From Haliscomenobacter sp. (GTDB lineage Bacteria > Bacteroidota > Bacteroidia > Chitinophagales > Saprospiraceae), in contig JADJPL010000028.1 in assembly GCA_016713275.1 (NCBI GenBank), forward strand, positions 194,278 to 258,277: a stretch of DNA of 64,000 nt, in the 5' to 3' direction. The translations under genes and the position numbers were made by a program. Positions 49,247-59,355 of this stretch are shown one piece after another. The notes under the pieces were generated by a model. That model was not told the origin of the DNA, searched no databases, and saw nothing but the letters and a program-made list of their open reading frames with translations. The number at the start of each line of letters is the position of its first letter. The first letter of the stretch is position 1.

Positions 49247-50485
49247 TTAAAGGTTGGACGTGATCAGCAGATCCAGATTCGTAAACTTAATGCTGAACCG
49301 CTCGCCCAGGTATTCGTTGCACAGGCATCCTTTATAGGTGTATACTCCGTGCCGAAGCCCGGGATGGGTAAACAGCAGGTGCTCGATGTCGCGGGTGCTT
49401 TCCGCATTCAGCAGAATGGGCGTCAGGATATTGCTCACCGCAATCGAAGCGGTGCGCGGAACCCGGGAAGCGATATTGGGAACGCAGTAGTGAATCACTC
49501 CGTGGCGCACAAACGTGGGTTTATCGAGCGACGTTACCTCGGAGGTGGCAAAACACCCGCCCTGGTCAATGCTGACGTCGATAATGACCGACCCCGGTTT
49601 CATTTTGGCCACCATTTCTTCGCTGACGACGACCGGCGTGCGGCCGGATTTGGAATGGATAGCCCCGATGGCTACTTCTGCATGCACGAGTTCTTCTTCC
49701 AGGTAATAGGGGTTGAACACCGAAGTGAAAAGCTGGCGCCCCACCTGGTTTTGCAGCCGTTTCAGTTTATAAATGTCGTTGTCGAAAACCCGCACTTCAG
49801 CTCCCAACCCGAGGGCGACCCGGGTGGCGTACTCCGCCACAATCCCCGATCCAAGAATGACTACTTTGGCGCTGGGCACTCCGGAAATGCCACCCAGCAA
49901 GATGCCTTTCCCTCCGCCGGTATTCGACAGCAACTCCGCTGCAGTGAGCATGGCGCTGAGACCGGCCATTTCGCTCATGATCCGGACGACGGGGAAGGTC
50001 CCGGCATCGTCTTTGATGTATTCCATCGCCAGGGCGATCACGCGCTTTTGGCGTAGTTTGTTGATGTAATCCGCAGAAATGATCGGCAGTTGCAGCGGAG
50101 AGATCAGGATCTGATTAGGGTGCATCAGGTCGATCTCCGCAAGCGTAGGCGGCGCTACCTTGATCAGGATATCCGCTTTAAATACTTCTTCTTTGCTGTA
50201 CGCAATTTCTGCACCCGCTTCCGAATAATCGTGATCCGAAAAATGCGCCTTCTCCCCGGCCCCTGCTTCCACGACGATCCGGTGCCCATAGGCGGCAAGC
50301 GTAGCAACCGAAGGGGGCACTAAAGCCACCCGGTTTTCCTGAAGCGTACTTTCTATTGGGATACCGATATACAACTTTTCCGGTTGTTGCCGGACCTGGA
50401 GCATTTCGGTCTGGGTCTGATACTGGCTCTCCTGCAGGGATTTTGGAATGGCGATTGCAGGACCATGGCCCTTCACTTTACTCAT
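49247..50485 (-). CDS. ald: Alanine dehydrogenase/PNT-family NAD-dependent dehydrogenase
   Basis: ENRVALVPPSVATL, a Rossmann motif VVILGSGIVAEYA, and overall AlaDH/PNT architecture. 412 aa. Confidence 0.7.
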   Translation of the reverse strand: MSKVKGHGPAIAIPKSLQESQYQTQTEMLQVRQQPEKLYIGIPIESTLQENRVALVPPSVATLAAYGHRIVVEAGAGEKAHFSDHDYSEAGAEIAYSKEEVFKADILIKVAPPTLAEIDLMHPNQILISPLQLPIISADYINKLRQKRVIALAMEYIKDDAGTFPVVRIMSEMAGLSAMLTAAELLSNTGGGKGILLGGISGVPSAKVVILGSGIVAEYATRVALGLGAEVRVFDNDIYKLKRLQNQVGRQLFTSVFNPYYLEEELVHAEVAIGAIHSKSGRTPVVVSEEMVAKMKPGSVIIDVSIDQGGCFATSEVTSLDKPTFVRHGVIHYCVPNIASRVPRTASIAVSNILTPILLNAESTRDIEHLLFTHPGLRHGVYTYKGCLCNEYLGERFSIKFTNLDLLITSNL

Positions 50486-50565
50486 AAGCCGGTAATTGAT
50501 TCTTCTTGCGCCAAGGGCGTGTTCGGATTATCGATGGGCGAACCGTTGTACGTACAAAAAAAGCC

Positions 50566-50991
50566 CTACAAAAATAGGATTTTCCGAACGGAATCCCCTT
50601 CTATTTCCAGATTAATTCGAACCGTCTGCTCGTCGAGCAGGGGTTCAATCAACTGCGGCCATTCAATAAAACAATAATGCGGAGCATCCAGATACTCCTC
50701 GATCCCGATATCCAGGGCTTCTTCCAGGGTGCGCAGCCGGTACAGGTCGATATGGTACACATACGCTTCCGTTCCCTGCCGCTCATAGGTATACTCATTG
50801 ACCAGGGCGAAGGTCGGGCTGGACACGGTTTCGCGCACCTCCAGCATCTGGCAAATAGCCTGAACCAGGGTTGTCTTTCCTGCGCCCAATTGGCCGTAAA
50901 GCGCAAATTTCCGGCGTGGGCCCGCCAGACGCAAGATTTCGCGGGCCGTTTCCATAAGCGCGTGCGTTCCGTTTACGGCAAAGGTGTGCAT
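50566..50991 (-). CDS. tsaE: tRNA threonylcarbamoyladenosine biosynthesis protein TsaE
   Basis: 141 aa with P-loop GQLGAGKTT followed by SPTFALVNEY, diagnostic of YjeE/TsaE. Confidence 0.88.
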   Translation of the reverse strand: MHTFAVNGTHALMETAREILRLAGPRRKFALYGQLGAGKTTLVQAICQMLEVRETVSSPTFALVNEYTYERQGTEAYVYHIDLYRLRTLEEALDIGIEEYLDAPHYCFIEWPQLIEPLLDEQTVRINLEIEGDSVRKILFL

Positions 50992-51067
50992 GGCTGGTTT
51001 CTATTCGGTAAAATGGTTAACTTTGCAGCCCCAAACGCTGTTTTCTTACTATAGTAATAATAATTTC

Positions 51068-51891
51068 GTGGATAAAGCAATTTTTTTTCACGTTGGACTG
51101 GGTAAAGTGGCATCTACCTATTTACAGTATGCCTTTTTTCCAAAATTAAAAGGGATTTATTATATCCAACGAACCCGCTACAAGAAAAGCAAGGAAATCA
51201 TCCGGCAAACAAACCATCCAAAGTACCTCGTCTCCCGGGAATTCGACCAGCAACTGGAGGCGGAAGTCCGGGATTTCTCCGCAGCGTTTCCTCAGGCCAG
51301 GCCTATCCTGCTCTTGCGCCGGCACGACGGGTGGATCGCGTCGCAATACCGGCGCTATGTGAAAAACGGAGGCCACAAAACGTTTGCTGAATTCATCGAT
51401 CTGGAACGCGATCAGGGCGTTTAGCCCAAATCCGACCTATATTTCTTCCGCAAGATTCAGATCCTTGAATCCTGCTTTACGCACAAACCCCTGGTTCTTT
51501 TCCACGAAGACCTGAAAAAGACTCCGGCGCGTTTTTTCATACCCTGGCGGAGTCCATGGGCGCAACCTACGACCCGGCGTCGGTTTCCCTGGATCCGGTA
51601 CACCGGTCCTACAGCGAAACGCAGCTCCGGCTGATGCTCCGCGTGAGCAAATACCTGTTCAAGGAAAACCCTCAATGGCATAAAAACCCCGTCGTTCATT
51701 GGATTCAGCGCCGGTCCAGGCTGTTGTTATCGTACCTGATTCTATACCCCGGCCGGCTGATTCCCGAAAAATGGGTCCCCCAAACCGACCTGACCCCCAA
51801 AGCAGACCTGGACAAGATCCGGGCCTATTTTGAGGAGGATTGGAACCAATGCCGGGAGTATGCCAAAAGGGGCGTTCTATCCGCATCCTAA
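51068..51891 (+). pseudogene. Sulfotransferase-like protein, interrupted by an in-frame TAG and one frameshift
   Basis: ORF 50984-51424 (likely GTG start at 51068, VDKAIFFHVGLGKVASTYLQ) continues in the same frame after the TAG at 51422-51424 (PKSDLYFFRKIQILESCF..LFHEDLKK). It then shifts at the A5 run 51515-51519 into ORF 51556-51891 (..DSGAFFHTLAESMGATYDP..). The family call is tentative. Confidence 0.55.
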
Positions 51892-51920
51892 GCCCGGATA
51901 AAGGCTTTTTTCTGCTCTAA

Positions 51921-53918
<1,998 letters not shown>

Positions 53919-53950
53919 TTTTTTCTTTTTCCCTAATTGCTCTGCAACCC

Positions 53951-54919
53951 ATGGCAACCCTTAAACGCACCCTCGCCGTTATCACCGGCGGCAATGTGGC
54001 CGAACGCGAAATTTCCCTCAAAAGCGCGGAAACCGTCGCCAAACACCTGGACCCTTCCAAGTACGAGGTCTTTATCCTGGATCTCATTGGGAGCATATTC
54101 ATCGACAAACAGTCGGGCGCCCGGGTGGATCTCAACGATTTTTCCCTGGACCTGGGCGACCGGAAGGTTACTTTCGACGCGGTTTACCTGATGCTGCACG
54201 GCCACCCCGCAGAAGACGGCCGCCTTCAGGGGTACTTCGAACTGCTCGGCATTCCCTACACCGGCTGCGACCCGCTCGTCAGCGCCCTGACTTTCGACAA
54301 GCAGGCCTGCAAAGACTTTCTGAAAAGCCACGGGATCCCGATGGCGCCTTCGGCCCTGGTGTACAAGGGAAAGCCCTACGACCAAAACGCCTTGCTGAAG
54401 ATGGGGCTTCCGCTGTTTGTCAAACCGAATAAAAACGGAAGCAGCTTCGGCGTTTCCAAAGTCAACGAGCCGCACGAGCTGCCTCAAGCCATCGAAAAAG
54501 CCTTTGCCTTCGACAACGAGGTCGTGGTGGAAGCGTTTCTCAAAGGAACCGAGTATTCCAATGGCGTGCTCCGCAAAGACGGCGAAATCGTCGTGCTGCC
54601 CATCACGGAAATCATTCCGCAAAACGAGTTTTTCGACTTCAAAGCCAAATACGAAAACGAAAGCAAGGAGATCACTCCCGCCCTGCTTCCCATGGAACTG
54701 ACCCGCAACTGCCAGGAGCAAACCCGGAAGATCTACGAAGTTCTGGGTTGCCGGGGCATCGCCCGGTTTGACTATATCCTCGTCGACCGCGTGTTCTATT
54801 TCCTGGAAGCCAATACCATCCCCGGCATGTCCGAAGCGAGCATCGTGCCCCAGCAAGCCATCGCTTATCGATGGACGATCACCGAGCTCCTCGAAGCCGT
54901 GGTCCAGGAAGCCCTGTAA
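53951..54919 (+). CDS. ddl: D-alanine--D-alanine ligase
   Basis: ATG at 53951 (MATLKRTLAVITGGNVAEREISLKSA). ATP-grasp motifs (FVKPNKNGSSFGVSKV, EANTIPGMSE). 322 aa. Confidence 0.9.
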   Translation: MATLKRTLAVITGGNVAEREISLKSAETVAKHLDPSKYEVFILDLIGSIFIDKQSGARVDLNDFSLDLGDRKVTFDAVYLMLHGHPAEDGRLQGYFELLGIPYTGCDPLVSALTFDKQACKDFLKSHGIPMAPSALVYKGKPYDQNALLKMGLPLFVKPNKNGSSFGVSKVNEPHELPQAIEKAFAFDNEVVVEAFLKGTEYSNGVLRKDGEIVVLPITEIIPQNEFFDFKAKYENESKEITPALLPMELTRNCQEQTRKIYEVLGCRGIARFDYILVDRVFYFLEANTIPGMSEASIVPQQAIAYRWTITELLEAVVQEAL

Positions 54920-54930
54920 CCCAAAATTTC

Positions 54931-55035
54931 CTGTAGCTCGGAATTGCATTCCGAGATGTTCACCGGAATTGCATTCCGGGAAGGTCCACAAGAATTGCAT
55001 TCCACGGAAGGTCCACAAGAATTGTATTCCGGACA
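54931..55035. repeat. Cluster of four GGAAT-N3-ATTCC mini-hairpins (~26 bp period); the first two form the double-hairpin element also found at 58626-58683 and 58924-58981
   Basis: CTCGGAATTGCATTCCGAG, CCGGAATTGCATTCCGG, then two copies of GGAAGGTCCACAAGAATTG(C/T)ATTCC. Fills the ddl-stop to LRR-gene-stop spacer. Confidence 0.85.
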
Positions 55036-55037
55036 CA

Positions 55038-56956
55038 CTACCGTTTTTCCCCATACTCCTTCCACGCCTCCACAATCCCGGCATCCAGCCCCGTTCCTTC
55101 CGTCAGCCGTTCCATTTGGCGGCGCAGCGCGGCGGGATCCATCTCCAAATGCAAGGGGAGGGATCTGCTGAGGGCTTTCTGATCTCCGAAAGGCAAATGC
55201 TGCCGCAATAACCGGCGGAGCTCCGCCCTCAAACCGGGGTCGGGGCATAGCTTCCAGGCCAGGAACAAATCGGTGCGCAGGCGCGAAGGCAACCCGCCGC
55301 CCTGAATAAAGGAGATGGCCAGCCGGAGGAAACTGGTGTCCCGGCTGCGCAACATCCGCTGGAGCCGGTCTGTTTGTTCAGGGTTTTCCTCCGCCTGCAG
55401 GTACCGGGCCTCTTCCCTGGCCAGGTAAAACTCCAGTATCGATTGATCCAAAACCCCCGGGGACGGGGTTATTTCGGCGCGTTCGGGATAGGGCGGATCG
55501 CCGATGACGAGATGGGTAGGGGCATCCCCCTTTGCCGCCATCCGAAGCCCGCACGACTCCAGCCGCTTTTTCCACAAGCCCAGGGGAACACCTCCGGGAC
55601 GGCCAAACCATCCGATTGCGTGACCGGCCTGAAGGCCGGAAGCGGGAAAGCGGGTGATCAACCAACCGGTCAGGGCGCGGCGTAAGGAAGGGATCGGAAG
55701 GGAAAGCGCATGCAGTGCCCGATCCAAAGGAAGGGTGCATTCTGCCTCCGCGCCCGCTTTTTCGATGCGGTCCAACGCAACGAGTTCTTCGGGGCCAAAC
55801 CCCGCCTGCCGTCCTGCGGCAATGAGCTTATGAAGCCTGCGCCAACCGGCTGCAGGCAGCACACCGGTAAGGGTTTTCAAGGCCGGGAAATGCATCAGCA
55901 GACGGGTATCCTGAACCGGCCCTGTGGGATACCCTTTCCAGATAAGTTGTTCCAGCCGGGGTAGTTGCGCCAGCAACGGAGGAATTTCCGGGATTTGGGT
56001 ATGCGAGACGTCCAGTGTGCGAAGCCGCGCCAGGCGAATAAAGGATTCCGGGAGCGCTTCAATCGCCGTTTTGGACACATCCAGCGTGCGCAGGCTTTCG
56101 GGAAGCGGAGGAAGGCGGCGCAACGGATTTCCCGCGAGGTTGAGGGCGCTCAGAGCCAGCATGCGGGAAAGCGCTTCCGGAAGTTCGTGCAGTTGATTGT
56201 TGCGAAGGCTGAGTGCGTCGAGGACCGGCAGGTCAGCCAGGAACTCCGGCAGCCGGGTCAGGGCGTTGCCGTCCAGCTTCCATTGGCGGAGTTGGCGGAG
56301 TTGGCCGAGGGCTTCGGGCAAGGCTTCGAGCCGGTTTTGAGAAAGATCCAGATGGCGAAGCTGGGTCAGGGCCCCCCAATGACCGGGAATTTCAGCGATC
56401 CGGTTGCGGCGGAGATCCAAAACCTCCAACCCTGTCGGCAACCTATTGGATGCAGCAACTTCAGCGATCCGGTTATGCGCCAGTTGCAGCGCGCGCAAGC
56501 GGGGGCGTTTTCCAGCCCGGAGGGGAAGGCGGCGAGCGCGTTTTTCTCCAGGTTCAGGGATTCGAGCTTCCCCCATTGGACCTTTTCCAGGGCGCCCGTT
56601 TTGATCCGGTTTCCGGAAAGATCGAGTTTCTTTAAGGCCCGGCAGGCTGACAGCACGCCGGGCAGCGCACGAAACCCGCAACGGGAAAGATAGACTTCTT
56701 CCAGCACGGGAAGGCGCTCCAGGGCCACCGGAAGCTCCCGAAGCGGATTGCAGGACAAGCGCAGGATGCGCAAACCAGTCAGCAGGGCAACCGCCTCCGG
56801 TACCTGCCCGATCTGATTGTTTTCCAAATCCAGCACCTCCAGGTTGGGCAGCAACCATACCTCCTCCGGTACCTCGCGCAGGCCCAGCCCATGGAGGTAG
56901 AGTTCGGTGGCCGTGCCGCCTTGTTGGAGCGCTTCGCGGATGGAATATGCGCGCAT
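55038..56956 (-). pseudogene. Leucine-rich-repeat protein with a ~330 aa C-terminal domain of unknown function; frameshifted in a homopolymer
   Basis: ORF 56366-56956 (LRRs: LPNLEVLDLENNQIGQVP..) and ORF 55038-56858 join if the G5 run at 56501-56505 is read as G6. The result is ..FPSGLENAPRLRALQLAHNRIAEV.., about 14 consecutive LRRs. Confidence 0.75.
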
Positions 56957-56973
56957 GAGGTCGATTTTTTTAT

Positions 56974-57139
56974 AGGATGTGGAGGATGTGGAAGATGTAA
57001 AGGATGTAGAGGATGTAAAGGATGTAGAGGATGTAGAGGATGTAGAGGATGTGTGGCCCCGGGTTAAAGCTCGCCGTCTCCCGTCCCCCGTCTCCCGTCT
57101 CCCGTCTCCCGTCTCCCGTCCACCGTCCCCCGTTCACCG
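56974..57139. repeat. Adjacent word-repeat blocks: (GGATGTRRA)n then (CCGTCTCC/CCGTCCCC)n
   Basis: 56974-57055 is GGATGTGGAGGATGTGGAAGATGTAAAGGATGTAGAGG... and 57075-57139 is CCGTCTCCCGTCCCCCGTCTCCCGTCTCC.... Lies between the LRR-gene start and the DUF3667-like gene stop. Confidence 0.9.
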
Positions 57140-57140
57140 T

Positions 57141-57866
57141 TCAGAGTGCGAGGCCAATTAAAATAAGCACAAGGAATAGTTGAAGAAAAAAGAACAGGAT
57201 TACCCCAGCCGTTTGCAGGAGCGCTTCCCATTGATCTTTGCCTTTGCCAAAAACGTTATACACCATCCAAAACATGGCCAGGTATACGACTGGATTGAAC
57301 AGCAGGACCGGCGCTTGTAGCGCAAAAAAGCCAATTAACCCCGCCAGGGTGGCCTGACCAATAAAGAAGGCGCTGATGGTCACATGCTCGGCCAGGTTGT
57401 ATTGGCCAAAAAACAGCTTGGTGGAAGTGCCCAGGCAGCCAATCGTGAAAATCCAAACGTATTTGAAATAGACCCGGAGGAAGGTTCCGGCCTTATACCC
57501 AATGGAATAAGCAGGGGAATCCGGTCCGTCAGGGCCGGAGGAAAAATCTACGAGCGAGTCCGCGATCAGGAAAATCGAGATGGAAAGGAGCAGGAAGGAA
57601 AACGGATTAAAAATCCCCTTCCTTTTGCCCCGAATATAGCTGGTAATGAGGTAATGGGGATTGATGGTCAGGTACTTCAGATTGAACAGGAGCCCTTTGT
57701 CCATATTGGTAAGGGTCGAAAAGAAATCCGTCGCAATGGAACGAAACGTAATCCGTCCAACGGCGGCCTGTTCCCCGCAATTCGGGCAAAATTTTTGGTC
57801 GTGTTCGTGGGCACAAGAAATACAAGTCATCTGCTGGGTGTTGTTGCATGCGCAATAGGGGAGCAT
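57141..57866 (-). CDS. DUF3667-like zinc-ribbon membrane protein
   Basis: N-terminal CxxC...CxxC ribbon (CISCAHEHDQKFCPNCGE) followed by about 5 TM helices. Start at Met 57866 or 57830; the ORF upstream of that translates word repeats and is not credible. Confidence 0.65.
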   Translation of the reverse strand: MLPYCACNNTQQMTCISCAHEHDQKFCPNCGEQAAVGRITFRSIATDFFSTLTNMDKGLLFNLKYLTINPHYLITSYIRGKRKGIFNPFSFLLLSISIFLIADSLVDFSSGPDGPDSPAYSIGYKAGTFLRVYFKYVWIFTIGCLGTSTKLFFGQYNLAEHVTISAFFIGQATLAGLIGFFALQAPVLLFNPVVYLAMFWMVYNVFGKGKDQWEALLQTAGVILFFFLQLFLVLILIGLAL

Positions 57867-57961
57867 CCCTGTTTTCCAGGCACATCTCCAGAAACAGGGA
57901 TGCACCTGACGATAAAAGTAATCATTTTCCAGGGGGCAGGCCACTGTCTTGCCGTCTCGCT

Positions 57962-59355
57962 GTTGCTTGTTGTCTGAACACGATTTGCAGGATGGAAGGA
58001 TGTAGAGGATTTGCAGAATGTAGAGGATGTAAAGGATGTAAAGGATGTAAGGGTTTTGGTCTCTCCGTCCCCGTCCCCCGTCCCCCGTCCCCGTCTCTGT
58101 TGTGCGTAGACTTCCGTCTACGCTTCGGTTCAATCTTCAGATTGCGCGTATTTACTGCCATTGGGGCATTGCTGCGTTGTCTGAACTGTGATTTGCAGGA
58201 TTAGGGGATGGCCATGATGGTGGGGGGCTAGGGCTTAAGGCAAGGGTTTTGGGCTGTCGTCTTACTGTCTCTCCGTCTCCCGTCCCCCGTCTCCCCTCCC
58301 CGTCCCCCGTCCCCGTCTACCGTCCCCCCGTCCCCCGTCTACCGTCTCTGTTGTGCGTAGACTTCCGTCTACGCTTCGGTTCAATCTTCAGATTGCGCGT
58401 ATTTACTGCCATTGGGGCATTGCTGCGTTGTCTGAACTGTGATTTGCAGGATTAAGGGATGGCCATGATGGTGGGTGCTAGGGCGTAAGGCTTAAGGCGC
58501 GAGGTTTGAGGTTTTGGTCTGTCGTCTTACTGTCGACCGTCCACCGTCCACCCTCCACCGTCTCACCGTCTGCCGTCTGCCGTTGCTTGTTGTCTGAACA
58601 CGATTTGCAGGATTTAAGGGATGGCCAGGATGTAGCTCGGATTTTCAATCCGAGACTGTTGACCGGAATGGTATTCCGGGAAGGGCACCGTGCAGGCGTC
58701 TCTCCGTCTACCGTCGACCGTCTCACCGTCTGCCGTTGCTTGTTGTCTGAACTGTGATTTGCAGGATTAAGAGATGGCCATGATGGGGGGCTAGGGCGTA
58801 AGGCGTAAGGCGCGAGGTTTGAGGGTTTGGTCTGTCGTCTTACTGTCGACCGTCCACCGTCTCACCGTCTCCCGTCTGCCGTTGCTTGTTGTCTGAACAC
58901 GATTTTCAGGATTAAGGGATGGACAGGATGTAGCTCGGATTTTCAATCCGAGACTGTTGACCGGAATGGTATTCCGGGAAGCGCTCTGTTCGCCGTCCCG
59001 CAATTAGCGGGATCAGATTTCGGCGAACAGAGGCGGCAGACCAAAACCTTTGCGCCTTGCGCCTTAAACCCTGCGCCTTTACCCTCCCTATCCCCCCCAT
59101 CCCAAAATCCCCCCAAATCCTGGTTCAGACAAAAAGCAACGGGAGGCGGGAAACGCCGGTCAGGGGACCGGCGAATAGTTCCGCACGAAATCTGAGGATT
59201 TCGGCGAACAGGAGAGACGGTGGACGGTGGACGGTGGACGGTGGACGGTGGACGGTGGACGGTGGACGGAGACCAAAACCTTACATCCATCTTACATCCT
59301 CTACAAAAATCGTGTTCAGACAAAAGCAACGCCCCAATCCCCGTAACTTCGTACT
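57962..59355. repeat. ORF-free mosaic repeat locus with 8 copies of a ~30 nt head motif (GTTGCTTGTTGTCTGAACACGATTTGCAGGAT)
   Basis: Heads on the plus strand at 57962, 58171, 58422, 58582, 58735 and 58881. Reverse copies end at 59140 and 59330. A 113 bp perfect direct repeat occurs at 58091-58203 and 58342-58454. Word blocks and double-hairpin elements are interleaved throughout. Confidence 0.9.

Noticed and set aside
51422-51424. Programmed recoding (pyrrolysine or read-through) of the in-frame TAG.
   Set aside because: There is no pyl machinery or recoding signal in view. The gene also carries a frameshift, and other genes in the window use TAG as an ordinary stop.
57962-57993. Integron attC-like or Xer/dif-like recombination site (motif begins GTTGC.. 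and its inverse ends ..GCAAC).
   Set aside because: It does not fit the GTTRRRY/RYYYAAC core pairs or the dif consensus. No integrase or cassette ORFs are present.
57962-58912. Possible CRISPR array, because a ~32 nt motif recurs six times in direct orientation.
   Set aside because: Spacing is irregular (209, 251, 160, 153 and 146 bp) and far longer than repeat-plus-spacer units. The 'spacers' are themselves repeated or low-complexity. Two more copies are inverted. No cas genes or leader are present.
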